DNA from: a virus
Taxonomy: Duplodnaviria > Caudoviricetes
Virus record (IMG/VR): IMGVR_UViG_3300029893_000267
Coordinates: 1-55,186 of that record
DNA: 55,186 bases
Direction: 5' to 3' (one strand)
Every line of letters starts with the position of its first letter. Position 1 is the stretch's first letter. The notes under the pieces are model-generated. The model saw only the letters and a program-made list of their open reading frames with translations, was not told the DNA's origin and ran no database searches. Shown here piece after piece: positions 31,062 to 41,195 of the stretch. The position numbers and the translations under genes were made by a program.

Positions 31062-31577
31062 ATGGATAAAAATTCGGTAGTAAATTTAATCACTTTTGTA
31101 AATTCTAGTATTAGATACGATTCTATTACAATTAATGAATTATATGATAAATGGGATTTTAATATTGGAAAATATAAAGAAGGAGATTGTTTAATTAAAT
31201 CTTTAGAATATAAAGATGTTATTAATTGGCAAGATGTTGATGGAGATAAAGACAAAGATGAAAATGTGGAATATCTTACATATTCCACTATAAATAATTT
31301 GGTAAAATATAATTCAACAGGATTTGTTTTTATTGAAGATCAATTAGGAAATAAATTAACTCTTCCATTAGGAACAGAAGTTAAAGGAAGGAAAGAATTT
31401 CTTTTAGTAGAAAATTTAGAAATTGGAAATGAAATTTTAGTATCTAATAAAAGAAACGAAGAATTATATTCTAGTTTAGTAAAAGTAGAAATAACTTTTA
31501 ATTCTGATTATGAAGGATATAAATTACTAGTAAAAAATAATAAGTACTTTAGTAATAATATTTTAATCAAAGTCTAA
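31062..31577 (+). CDS. Stand-alone degenerate Hint (intein-like) domain protein
   Basis: Fold pattern NSVV..ITINELY...IKSL...G.KL.L...F..VENLEIGNEI...YKL.V.NNKYFSNNILI without Cys1, TxxH or HN; GAGG RBS. Confidence 0.55.
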   Translation: MDKNSVVNLITFVNSSIRYDSITINELYDKWDFNIGKYKEGDCLIKSLEYKDVINWQDVDGDKDKDENVEYLTYSTINNLVKYNSTGFVFIEDQLGNKLTLPLGTEVKGRKEFLLVENLEIGNEILVSNKRNEELYSSLVKVEITFNSDYEGYKLLVKNNKYFSNNILIKV

Positions 31578-31675
31578 TATAGTTATATATGTAATTATAA
31601 GAATTTAGGCGTCTGAAACTAAAAGAAGATATAAATTGTAATATAAAATAATAAAAATAGGATAAAATAATAACA

Positions 31676-31861
31676 ATGGAAAAATTAACAACGATTTTAA
31701 TTACTTGTCCGGAATGCGATTCTCAATTTTATTTAAAATTTGATAAAGATTTAGTGGCAGAACATTATGATTTACTATGTCCTTTTTGTGGAGAAATTGT
31801 ATATGAAGATGTAAGATATGACGAAGAAGATATGGAAGATTCTTCTAATGATGATTGGTAA
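31676..31861 (+). CDS. Small zinc-ribbon protein with acidic tail
   Basis: CPECDS...CPFCGE, D/E-rich end. Confidence 0.75.
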   Translation: MEKLTTILITCPECDSQFYLKFDKDLVAEHYDLLCPFCGEIVYEDVRYDEEDMEDSSNDDW

Positions 31862-32279
31862 TGAATGGATTTATAATAATGAAATTATAGAAATTCCAAA
31901 AGAAAATTTTATAGGATTTGTGTATGAAATTACAAATCTTATAAATTATAAGAAATATATAGGAAAGAAACTTTTCTTTTTTAAAAAAACTAAGATTATA
32001 AAAAAGAAGAAAAAGAGATTTTTAGTAGAATCTGATTGGAAAGATTATTATGGTTCTAATGATATTCTATTAAAGGATGTAGAAATATTAGGGAAAGAAA
32101 ATTTTAAAAGAGAAATATTAGTTTTTTGTAGAACTTCTGGAGAGATGACTTATTGGGAAAATAAACTTCAATTTGAAAAAGATGTATTATTAGATGATGA
32201 GTATTATAATAATTGGATAATGTGTAAAATTAAAAAATCTCATATAAAACAGTTAAGAGAAGAATATGTTAGAAAATAA
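31848..32279 (+). CDS. GIY-YIG nuclease-family protein conserved in T4-like phages
   Basis: GFVYEITN...KYIGKK, ESDWKDYYGS, FKREIL, E.K.QF, YYN; likely start at MMIGNEW. Confidence 0.85.
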   Translation: MMIGNEWIYNNEIIEIPKENFIGFVYEITNLINYKKYIGKKLFFFKKTKIIKKKKKRFLVESDWKDYYGSNDILLKDVEILGKENFKREILVFCRTSGEMTYWENKLQFEKDVLLDDEYYNNWIMCKIKKSHIKQLREEYVRK

Positions 32280-32643
32280 TAAATTTAATATGGAAGAAAT
32301 AGATTTTTTATATTTTGGTAAATTTATTTCTAAAGACAAAGAATTAATGGATTTTGTAAATGGGGGGATTTATAAAGAAAAAGGAGAGAATCTAAGAAAA
32401 TCTAAAATGGGTTATTGTTATCATATTTTTTTGTTAAAACATGGTAAGTTAGATACTTTTGAAGCTATTTTAAGTGACCCCATGATTTATATAGATGGAT
32501 TGTTAAATTCTGGTTTTGCTGGTATTATTTGCAGAAAAACTACTACTTCATATAAAGTAATGGAAAAAATTAAACATACTATTGGAAATTTGGTTGGAAA
32601 ATCATTAAAAGACATTAAAGAGATTGTTTATGCTAACACTTAA
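32266..32643 (+). CDS. Hypothetical protein
   Basis: Overlapping operon packing. Confidence 0.65.
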   Translation: MLENNKFNMEEIDFLYFGKFISKDKELMDFVNGGIYKEKGENLRKSKMGYCYHIFLLKHGKLDTFEAILSDPMIYIDGLLNSGFAGIICRKTTTSYKVMEKIKHTIGNLVGKSLKDIKEIVYANT

Positions 32644-32884
32644 TAAATATGAATTAAAACAAATATTAGTTAATGAAGTGAAAACTATAGTTTTTACTAA
32701 AGTTAATGGAGAAGAAAGACAAATGGAATGCACTTTAATTTCTTCTTACTTTCCAGAAATTAAAAAAGAACCTGAATTATTATTAGAAAATAAAAAAGAA
32801 AATGATAATTTAATCATAGTTTGGTCAATTAAAGATAATGGATGGAGATCTATTAAATTAGATTCTATTAAAGAAATTAAATAA
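32630..32884 (+). CDS. WYL-like/SH3-fold small protein
   Basis: VFTKVNGEERQM.CTL...VW....GWRS..LD. Confidence 0.75.
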   Translation: MLTLNKYELKQILVNEVKTIVFTKVNGEERQMECTLISSYFPEIKKEPELLLENKKENDNLIIVWSIKDNGWRSIKLDSIKEIK

Positions 32885-32885
32885 T

Positions 32886-33968
32886 ATGAAGAAAAAATCT
32901 AAACCTAGAATCAAAAATACTAATGAATTATATTTTGGGGATGAACCATTATTAGAAAATAATGATAATTTTTCTTTAGTTAAATGTTTAAATTGGTATT
33001 CTAATAATATAGATTATCCTACCGCAAAAAATTATACTTTAAAATTTATTAAAAATTCTGATAAATATACAAAACAAGATTTATCTAAAATATCTTCAAT
33101 TTCAGATAAATATTTTTCTACTCTCGGATACGTTTGTAGAATAAAAGAAAGAAATGATATTTTATCAGATTCTCAGAATGAATGGGTTAATAATAAAATA
33201 AAAACTCTTATTAGAAATCATTCCAAACAAGAAATAATTCCTATAATTAAAAAAAATGAAAAATATAATATTGTTGATGAATATATAGGAGATATTGATG
33301 AACAAATAGAAAAATTTATTAAAACTAAATCTCATTCCTTTAATTGTTACGAATATTATCTTACTAAAAATATTAAACCTTCTTATATTAAAGAAATTAA
33401 TTATTATGTTCAAAAATATTTAGATGAAGTCGGTTTGGTAATTACCAAACAAGATGAACAATTAAATGAAGCATATTCTCATTATAAAAAGAAAGAATTG
33501 TTAAATTATCAAAATTTTTTAATTGCTATTATAAATGATGGTAATAGAATATTAGAAAATAATAAAAAAGAAAAAAAGCCAAGAAAAAAACGTAAAATTT
33601 CAGCAGATAAAAAAGTTTCTAAATTGAAATATTTAAAAGAATATAATGAATTAAAATTGAAGAGTATTATTCCTATTAATATCATAGGGGCTAATATATT
33701 AATTGTATATGATATTAAATATAAAAAATTAGGAATTTATTACTCTAAAGATATGAATGGATTTGATGTTAAGGGGACTACCTTATTGAATATAAACGAA
33801 GATATTTCTAAATCAAAAACTATAAGAAAACCAGAAGAATTTTTAATGGAAGCTAGTAAAATTACAAAAACTTCTGTTAAGAAATTTTTTGAAAATATAA
33901 AAACTAAAGAGTTTTTATTAACTGGGCGCATTAACGAAAATATTATTTTATTGAAGACGTTTAGATGA
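32886..33968 (+). CDS. Conserved T4-like-phage hypothetical protein
   Basis: LNWY, KKPRK, L.SI.P..IIGA..L.VY, VKGTTL, KT.RKPEE, GRINEN..LL; sits before RNase H. Confidence 0.75.
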   Translation: MKKKSKPRIKNTNELYFGDEPLLENNDNFSLVKCLNWYSNNIDYPTAKNYTLKFIKNSDKYTKQDLSKISSISDKYFSTLGYVCRIKERNDILSDSQNEWVNNKIKTLIRNHSKQEIIPIIKKNEKYNIVDEYIGDIDEQIEKFIKTKSHSFNCYEYYLTKNIKPSYIKEINYYVQKYLDEVGLVITKQDEQLNEAYSHYKKKELLNYQNFLIAIINDGNRILENNKKEKKPRKKRKISADKKVSKLKYLKEYNELKLKSIIPINIIGANILIVYDIKYKKLGIYYSKDMNGFDVKGTTLLNINEDISKSKTIRKPEEFLMEASKITKTSVKKFFENIKTKEFLLTGRINENIILLKTFR

Positions 33969-34822
33969 ATGGGATGATGTTAATAGATTTTTCTCAATTA
34001 GTTTATTCTGCTTTGCATTCTTATGCTGCAACTAATAAAGGAATGGAAGATAAAGATGTTATATATGTTATTATAAATTGTTTGTATAACGTGAATAAAA
34101 AGTTTAAAAATGAATATGGAGAAATTGTAGTTTGTTTTGATTCTAAAAAATATTGGAGAAGAGAATTTTTTCCTTATTATAAAAGCGGAAGAAAATCTGC
34201 AAGAGAATCTTCTAAATTAAATTGGAGTTTAGTGTTTAAAGTATTAAACTATTTTAAAGAAGATTTAAAAGAAAATTTTCATTATAAATTTTTAGAAATT
34301 GACGGAGCAGAATCAGATGATATTATTGCAGTATTAACTAAAAAATATCATATTCATAAAAATATATTAATTGTTTCTGGAGATAAAGATTTTTTTCAAC
34401 TCCATATATATCCTAACGTAAGACAATATTCCCCTATTACAGGAACGTTTTTAAAATCCCAGAATCCTTTTAGAGATTTAAAAGAAAAAATTATCAGAGG
34501 AGAATCTGCTGGAGGAGATGCTATTCCTTCAATATTATCAGAAGATAATGTTTTTATTATTAAGAAAAGACAATCTCCTTTAACAGAATCAAAATTTAAT
34601 TTTTTTATAGAAAATGAACCGGAAAAATACGAATCGGATATTTATACAAGATTTTTGAGAAATCAAACATTAATAGATTTTGATTATATAAAAGAAGATA
34701 TTATAAAAAATATAATAAACGAATATGATAATTATGTAATTAAAGGAAATAAATCGAAGATATATAAATATTTAGCAAAAAAACAATTTGTAGAGTTATT
34801 AGAAATTATACCAGAATTATAG
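33965..34822 (+). CDS. rnh: T4-type RNase H (5'-3' exonuclease, FEN family)
   Basis: LIDFSQ, FDS..YWRR..FPYYK..R, AESDDIIA, IVSGDKDF.QL, I.G...D.IP, RNQ.LID. Confidence 0.93.
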   Translation: MNGMMLIDFSQLVYSALHSYAATNKGMEDKDVIYVIINCLYNVNKKFKNEYGEIVVCFDSKKYWRREFFPYYKSGRKSARESSKLNWSLVFKVLNYFKEDLKENFHYKFLEIDGAESDDIIAVLTKKYHIHKNILIVSGDKDFFQLHIYPNVRQYSPITGTFLKSQNPFRDLKEKIIRGESAGGDAIPSILSEDNVFIIKKRQSPLTESKFNFFIENEPEKYESDIYTRFLRNQTLIDFDYIKEDIIKNIINEYDNYVIKGNKSKIYKYLAKKQFVELLEIIPEL

Positions 34823-34831
34823 GAGAATTAC

Positions 34832-35254
34832 ATGATCATTAACGCATATGAAATTTTTGAACAGTTTGAGTTGGCAGATACAATAGAAAGAAAAAAAGAA
34901 GTTTTAATTAAAAATGGTTCCCATTGGTTTAAGTATATATTAAAATGCGCTTTTGATCCTTCTATTGAATTTTATGTAAAAGAATTTCCTTCAGATTATA
35001 TTGTTCCTAACACGGTTCCTGGTATTAGAGATGGGGGATTAGAAAGCGAATGGAGAAGGTTATATTTGTTTATGAAAGGAAATGAAACTTCCGATGCATT
35101 AACAGAACAAAAAAGAAATGTTCTGTTATTACAATTTTTAGAAGGAATGGAACCAAAGGATGCGGTAATTACTATTAATATGATGAAGAAAGATTTTGGG
35201 ATTAAAGGATTAACTAAAGAATTAGTATTAGAAGTTTTTCCCGGATTATTTTAA
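34832..35254 (+). CDS. Conserved T4-like-phage hypothetical protein
   Basis: YEIF, AFDP, L..E.RRLY.F, ..R..L..Q.LE, GLT..LV..VFP; AGGAG RBS. Confidence 0.75.
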   Translation: MIINAYEIFEQFELADTIERKKEVLIKNGSHWFKYILKCAFDPSIEFYVKEFPSDYIVPNTVPGIRDGGLESEWRRLYLFMKGNETSDALTEQKRNVLLLQFLEGMEPKDAVITINMMKKDFGIKGLTKELVLEVFPGLF

Positions 35255-35257
35255 CAC

Positions 35258-35286
35258 TTGACAATGTTGTGGAGATTTGATATACT
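35258..35286 (+). promoter_or_regulatory. sigma70-type promoter
   Basis: TTGACA-17-TATACT with extended TG. Confidence 0.85.
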
Positions 35287-35494
35287 GAACGTGTTAATAT
35301 AAATTTTTATCATTTTAAATGATTATGGATTTGCCTTAATATTGAAGGAAAATTACAAGAATATGTAATTATTATTTTTAGTATAGGATCTTATGGAATT
35401 TTAAATATTAAATCTTTTTTCGTTATGAGATTATTGGTATAGTAGAATATTTGAATTTTATTAGTCTAATCCCCAAATTAGAATTTTAAATAAA

Positions 35495-35704
35495 ATGAAT
35501 GTCTTAAATTTAAAAAAAGTTTATGTTTGGAAAGGGTTGACAATGAACGGAACTTTGGTTAACATAAACGAAGGAGGAATGAATTTAGAATTTTCTACAG
35601 AAGAAGATTCTTTAGAAATATACAAAGATTATATCTTGAAAGTTCCTGTTAATTATGAAATTGAAGATGTAGTATTATTAACAATTTTTAAAAAAGAAAA
35701 TTAA
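35495..35704 (+). CDS. Hypothetical protein
   Basis: ORF only. Confidence 0.45.
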   Translation: MNVLNLKKVYVWKGLTMNGTLVNINEGGMNLEFSTEEDSLEIYKDYILKVPVNYEIEDVVLLTIFKKEN

Positions 35705-35857
35705 AATGACAGGTTATAATTGGGTTGCGTGTTCAAATGATAATTTTTATAGTACAGGATTTGAAGCTACTAATTCAAAAGGAAAAGTAGTTTCGGGTTT
35801 TTTTATTTAAAAATGCTACTATTAGATTTTAATTAATAAAAGAGGTAAAATAATAAA

Positions 35858-36037
35858 ATGTCTCAACGCGGTAAAAAGAATTTTAGTTACTATGAAGATG
35901 AATTTGATGTTATCAGAAATTCTAAGAAAGCTAAAAAATATAACGAAGAAAAAAAAGATCATAAAAAAATGACTAACAAATATTTTTATTTAGATGAAAT
36001 TGATAAATATAAAGAAGAAAACGATTTAAATTATTAA
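35858..36037 (+). CDS. Small charged hypothetical protein (59 aa, MSQRGKKNF...)
   Basis: GAGG RBS upstream; clean ORF below the track cutoff. Confidence 0.55.
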   Translation: MSQRGKKNFSYYEDEFDVIRNSKKAKKYNEEKKDHKKMTNKYFYLDEIDKYKEENDLNY

Positions 36038-36354
36038 TTTCGGAGAATGTTATAATATGAACTTCATTCAGGAAGATATACGTTAAATTCTAAAATATTA
36101 AATGCAAATTTTCAATTTGATAGCTGTTGTTTATGAATATTAAAAGTCGAAAGTGTGGAATTAGATGGTAGAATTTTTCATATTTTCTCAATTGGTAGAT
36201 TAAAAAAATTACAACAAGAATTGAAAAAAAAAAAAAACAATTAAAAAATTGAATAACATGAATGACTATGAAAATGTAATATCCATTCAGGATAAAATCA
36301 ACATTATTGATGAAAAGTCATCACAATATTATTTTAGATAATTAAGAGGAAATA

Positions 36355-37371
36355 ATGAAAACAATTAAATATCCTTCTATTGAACAATTTAAAAATGTAA
36401 TTTCTTTAGTTTCTCAAAGAATAAATTATTTAGGGAAAGATGAAAACGGCAAAGCTATTTATGGAAATTTTGTTCTTCCGACCTTAAAATTTACCGGAAC
36501 TGTAAAGATCCACGGATCAAACGGAGGAATTAGATTTTCAAAAGAAGAAGGAAAAATTGTTCCGCAATCTAGAGAAAGAGATTTATCTATTCTTTCTGAT
36601 AATATGGGATTTTACGTGTTTGTATATGAAAGGGAACAATTGTTTCAAGATATTATTAATGATTTAATTGGTGATAATGATACTGTGGTTATTTATGGAG
36701 AATGGGCAGGAAAAGGTGTGCAGAGTAAAGTGGCAATTTCCCAATTAGAAAAATTCTTTACTATTTTTGGAATTAAATTTATTAAAGATGGAGAAGAATA
36801 TTGGGAAGATATATCTATTTTTGATAAATATATTCCTCAATTAAATGAAGTAAGAACTTATTTAATTAATCAATTTAAAACTTTTGAAGTAGAAATTGAT
36901 TTTAATTCTCCTAAAGAAATTCAAAATGAATTAGTACGATTGGTTGAAGAAGTAGAAAATGAATGCCCAGTTGGAAAATATTTTGGAGTGGTCGGAACCG
37001 GAGAAGGAATAGTTTTCTCTTGTGATCACGAAAAATTAGGGCATCTTAAATTTAAATGTAAAGGAGAGAAACATTCTAATTCAAAGGTTAAAACTATTGC
37101 TCCTATTGACGAAGAATCTTATAGATTAGCAAAAGATTTTGCTGAAAATTATGTTACGGAAGCTAGATTAGAGCAAGGAATTTTTGTAATGAAAAATGAA
37201 ATGCTTCTTGAACCTATTGATAAAAACGTCGGAATTTTTATTAAATGGGTGATAGGGGATGTAATAAAGGAAGAGCAAAATTCAATTATTGAAAATAAAC
37301 TAGATCCAAAAAAGATTTCTAAAGAAATATCTAATATTGCCAGAAAATGGTATTTTGAAAAAATTTTATAG
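36355..37371 (+). CDS. RNA ligase 2 (Rnl2)-like
   Basis: TVKIHGSN (motif I), QSR, IYGEWAG..VQ, F.IFGI, GEGIVF, KFKCKGEKH, C-terminal helical domain with DV.KEE. Confidence 0.85.
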   Translation: MKTIKYPSIEQFKNVISLVSQRINYLGKDENGKAIYGNFVLPTLKFTGTVKIHGSNGGIRFSKEEGKIVPQSRERDLSILSDNMGFYVFVYEREQLFQDIINDLIGDNDTVVIYGEWAGKGVQSKVAISQLEKFFTIFGIKFIKDGEEYWEDISIFDKYIPQLNEVRTYLINQFKTFEVEIDFNSPKEIQNELVRLVEEVENECPVGKYFGVVGTGEGIVFSCDHEKLGHLKFKCKGEKHSNSKVKTIAPIDEESYRLAKDFAENYVTEARLEQGIFVMKNEMLLEPIDKNVGIFIKWVIGDVIKEEQNSIIENKLDPKKISKEISNIARKWYFEKIL

Positions 37372-37381
37372 AGGAATTATT

Positions 37382-37578
37382 ATGAACAAAAAAAGAACTA
37401 ACTAAAATGTTAGGACAAATTGATAAGATGAAAGTGAAAAATAAAGAGGAATTGATAAAAATTGAGCTAGAAATTGATAATTTAACAACAGAAAGAGAAA
37501 AATTAATAGATAAAGATTGTTATTTATCAGCTTGTGTTGAAAATTTGGAATTTTTATTGGAAGATGCAAATGAATAAA
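37382..37578 (+). pseudogene. Small coiled-coil gene frameshifted at A7 (37388-37394)
   Basis: GAGG RBS and ATG; removing one A gives a 64-aa ORF MNKKELTKML...EDANE that overlaps the next start. Confidence 0.55.
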
Positions 37579-38088
37579 GAATCTATTAAAATGTTTTTTA
37601 GAATATTATTTAATCCTTCTTGTTGGAAAAGATTATATCCTTATTCTAAAGAATGGGATAAAAAATTAAACGATTTTTTGGATACTAATCCTAAAATATT
37701 AAATTTAGATAAATACTCTGTTCATTTTGAAGGGGATGTTTTTATTTGGATTGCTAATTTTCCTTATGCGTATGGAAACGAATTAAATTTTGAAATTAGC
37801 AAATTTAACAATTCTGGAATGAATAATAACAAAAAGATTTTGTTTACTCTTATAAAAAGACCTACTGTTATTCCATCAAGAAAAACAGTTTTTAGATTAT
37901 ATGATTATATTAAAACATATAATTTCAAATTTTATTCAGCCGAAGAAGGATATTCTTTTGGAAATGAAATGATCAAATCAGGAAAAATGTCTATCGTTGA
38001 ATTAGAAGAATATATGAAAAGTTTTAACGAAGAATATCAAGAAGGAATTAAACGTGCTATTTATGAGGCAATGATTAGAAAAAGTTAG
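37570..38088 (+). CDS. Hypothetical phage protein
   Basis: PSCW...YS.EWD..L, IWIANFPYAYG, PSRKT; ATG 37570 preferred over GTG 37534. Confidence 0.65.
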   Translation: MNKESIKMFFRILFNPSCWKRLYPYSKEWDKKLNDFLDTNPKILNLDKYSVHFEGDVFIWIANFPYAYGNELNFEISKFNNSGMNNNKKILFTLIKRPTVIPSRKTVFRLYDYIKTYNFKFYSAEEGYSFGNEMIKSGKMSIVELEEYMKSFNEEYQEGIKRAIYEAMIRKS

Positions 38089-38102
38089 ATAAGGAATTTA
38101 TT

Positions 38103-39002
38103 ATGATTACTTCTGAAACTATTAAAAATTTTGTAGAATCTAATTCTAAATGGATTAAACGAAAAGAAACTTCTATTCCTGGGGTTTATGTACTTAAATA
38201 TAATAATAAATGTTTTTATAAAAATCATTGGAATGAATATCTTGAAAATTGTAGGGGAGTAGTAGTCAACCAAAAGTACGATATTATTTCTAATCCTTTT
38301 CAAAAGATTTTTAATTATGGAATTGAATCCCATGCTCCAAGAATTTCTGGAAGCGAATATGTTTCCGCCATTAGAAAAGTTAATGGATTTATGTTAGCAG
38401 TTTCAGTGTATAATGGAGAATTAATTTATTCTACTACCGGATCAATTGATTCAGATTATGTTAAAATGGGCAAGGAAATGTTTGAAAAAACTTCTGATAT
38501 AGATTATTTTAGATGGGCTTGCCAACAAAGCAAATCTACTGCCATGTTTGAAATAGTTCACAAAGAAGATCCTCATATTATTAAAGAAAAAGAAGGCGTT
38601 TATTTTCTAGGAAGTAGAAAAAATGAATGGGGAAGTAAATTAAATATGTATAGTGATTTTGAAGATAAGGAATATTGTTTTAAAGGAATTACTTATCCAG
38701 AAAGATTATTCCTTAAAATGGACGATTTAAAACAAAAAGTTAAAAACGTTAAGCATGAAGGATATGTAATTTATTGCAAAGACGGAAGAACTACTAAAAT
38801 TAAATCTAAATATTATTTGATTTCTAAATTTTTTTCACGATGTAATAACACTGATAAATTATTTGATAGAACGGCTAAATCAAAATATGATGAAGAATTT
38901 TATCCTTTAATTGAAAAAATTCATGAAGATAAAGATAATTTTGCATTTTTATCTGAACAAGATAGATTAGAATATATTAGGAATTATTTAGAAAATTTAT
39001 GA
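38103..39002 (+). CDS. RNA ligase 1 (Rnl1)-like, short form
   Basis: CRG.V, PFQKIFNYG, RKVNGFM (motif I), STTGS, MFEI, EGYVI, KIKS.YY. Confidence 0.85.
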   Translation: MITSETIKNFVESNSKWIKRKETSIPGVYVLKYNNKCFYKNHWNEYLENCRGVVVNQKYDIISNPFQKIFNYGIESHAPRISGSEYVSAIRKVNGFMLAVSVYNGELIYSTTGSIDSDYVKMGKEMFEKTSDIDYFRWACQQSKSTAMFEIVHKEDPHIIKEKEGVYFLGSRKNEWGSKLNMYSDFEDKEYCFKGITYPERLFLKMDDLKQKVKNVKHEGYVIYCKDGRTTKIKSKYYLISKFFSRCNNTDKLFDRTAKSKYDEEFYPLIEKIHEDKDNFAFLSEQDRLEYIRNYLENL

Positions 39003-39334
39003 AAAATATTATTGAAAGAATTAATTTTGTTTAATTAAATTAGATTATTAGAATGGGGTTTAAGGAAATTTTGTTTCTGTTAAATTATTAAATACTTTTG
39101 GCGCTATTCAACTTGTATCACAAAAATTTTAAAAAAATTCTTTGTTGGTGAAGAAATTTGTTTGGAAAGAAAAAGAAATTGTTAAATGTTATACTAAATT
39201 AACCTATTATAACACTCAATCAAAATTATCAGAGGAACAATTAGAAGATAGAAAAAAAATGGAAATTCTGAAGCAATGGTGTTAGACAATAATTTTTGGT
39301 ATAATTGTTGCCGAATTAAGGAGAACTATTTGTA

Positions 39335-39871
39335 ATGGCCATTTATACTTTCGAAGATTATTTTTCTATTATAGACCCTTCAAAATTAAATGAAACTAAT
39401 TACATAATTCATTTAAAAGGGTATAAATGTAAATGTTGTAACAATAGAGCAACTCATTTTATAGATATACTAGGACAAGGAATAAAACCGTTTTTTTATT
39501 TTAATAATAAAATTAATATACTAACCTTAGATCATATATTTCCAAAATCTAAAGGTGGAAGTGATAATATAAAAAATTTAGAAATATTGTACTATAATTG
39601 TAATAATATAAAAGGTAACAAGGTAAAAAAATCTTTAAAATATTATTACGATTTATCTCTAATATTAGATTTTCTAATGTCTACTGGAAAGACAAGTAAA
39701 AACTCTGTATTTTATGATAAGTTTAATAAATTAATTTGTAAGAGATATGAAGAATATGGAGAATATGATGTATCAGAGGAAGAATTTAGAAATTATTATT
39801 TTCCGGTTATAGCTTCTCATATTAAAAATTTAAAATTAAAATATATTAAGAAAATAGGATATTATGACTAA
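39335..39871 (+). CDS. HNH endonuclease
   Basis: CKCC; LTLDHIFPKSKGGSD...NL..L(Y)YNCNNIKG. Confidence 0.8.
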   Translation: MAIYTFEDYFSIIDPSKLNETNYIIHLKGYKCKCCNNRATHFIDILGQGIKPFFYFNNKINILTLDHIFPKSKGGSDNIKNLEILYYNCNNIKGNKVKKSLKYYYDLSLILDFLMSTGKTSKNSVFYDKFNKLICKRYEEYGEYDVSEEEFRNYYFPVIASHIKNLKLKYIKKIGYYD

Positions 39872-40409
39872 AAAATATATTAGTTCAGATCTTCATTTTT
39901 TCCACAAAAATATTCTAAAGTTTTGTCCTATTTCAAGACCTTTTTCTTCAATTGAAGAAATGAATGAAGTTATTGTAAAAAATATTAATGATAAAGTTAA
40001 TTTTGATGATGTTTTTTATATTTTAGGAGATATTTCTTTTGGAAAACTTGATGAAACTATGGAGGTTTTAAATCAAATTAATTGTAATAATATTATTTTG
40101 ATTAAAGGTAATCATGATAGGAAATTTTGTAATGAAAAAAGATTTAGGGATAGATTTAATAATATTTATCAAGATCATATAGAATGGTTTGGTGAGAAAT
40201 ATGTTCATATGTATCATTTTCCTATTTTAGCATGGGATAGAAAACATTATAAATCTTATCATCTTCATGGTCATATGCATTCAGTTAATTCTGAAATTCT
40301 AAATAATAGAAGTTTTGATGTTGGAATGGATGGAAATAATTGTAACGTTTGGGATATTAATGAAGTGTTGGGACTTATTGATAATAGAATGATTAAAAAC
40401 GAAAAATAA
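39864..40409 (+). CDS. Calcineurin-like metallophosphoesterase
   Basis: SDLHFFH, LGD, GNHD, HFP, HLHGHMH, DVGMD. Confidence 0.93.
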   Translation: MTKKYISSDLHFFHKNILKFCPISRPFSSIEEMNEVIVKNINDKVNFDDVFYILGDISFGKLDETMEVLNQINCNNIILIKGNHDRKFCNEKRFRDRFNNIYQDHIEWFGEKYVHMYHFPILAWDRKHYKSYHLHGHMHSVNSEILNNRSFDVGMDGNNCNVWDINEVLGLIDNRMIKNEK

Positions 40410-40718
40410 GATTAATATTATTAATTTAAGACTTGCATTATTACAATATAATTATTAATGATGGATTATAAATTGGCTGTTATATTTGGAATTATTTTTC
40501 CTTTAACGATAGTTCTTCTAACAAAATTAAGGGAGAAATATTATGACAGCGAACAATTTTATTAGTATGCTACAACAATTAAATTCTAATGCAAAGAGAG
40601 TGTTTAAGATTTATCATAATGATTTTGTTGTTACAAAGCCTAAAGGAATTTTTTATGAAAAGGATAATAAATTTGTATTAACTATTGAACAGCTACTGAA
40701 TAATATTAAAGGGTGAAT

Positions 40719-41189
40719 ATGAAAAAAATTATTTTGATCAGAGGGATTCCTGGGAGTGGTAAAAGCACCCTTGCATATGATTTAAAAGATTTTTTTATTT
40801 TAAGTTCCAAATATGGGAATAAAAGAGTTGAATTAGAAAATAAAGTGGAAGTATATGAGGCAGACCAATATTTTGAGGATGAAAATGGAAATTATAATTT
40901 CAATAAACACGAATTAAAAGATGCACATAAAAGTTGTCAAAGAAAAACTTGGGAATTTTTCAATTTTTACAATGAAGGAATTGTAATTGTTTCTAATACT
41001 TTTACTACTAAAAAAGAACTAATTCCTTATTTTGAAATTGCTAAAGAGTTTAATATTATTCCACAAGTTATTCTTTGCGAAGGTAATTATAAATCTATTC
41101 ATAATGTCCCAAAAGAAACCATTGAAAGAATGAAAAAACGATTTGAATATGATATTTCTGATTTGTTTATTAAATATGATATAGACTAA
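40719..41189 (+). CDS. P-loop kinase (polynucleotide kinase-like)
   Basis: RGIPGSGKST, EADQYF, AH..CQ, VSNTF, HNVP..TI.RM. Confidence 0.88.
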   Translation: MKKIILIRGIPGSGKSTLAYDLKDFFILSSKYGNKRVELENKVEVYEADQYFEDENGNYNFNKHELKDAHKSCQRKTWEFFNFYNEGIVIVSNTFTTKKELIPYFEIAKEFNIIPQVILCEGNYKSIHNVPKETIERMKKRFEYDISDLFIKYDID

Positions 41190-41195
41190 ATTATT

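Noticed and set aside
34763-34770. TATAAATA inside the 3' end of rnh
   Set aside because: Intragenic and expected by chance at this A+T content; not counted as a promoter
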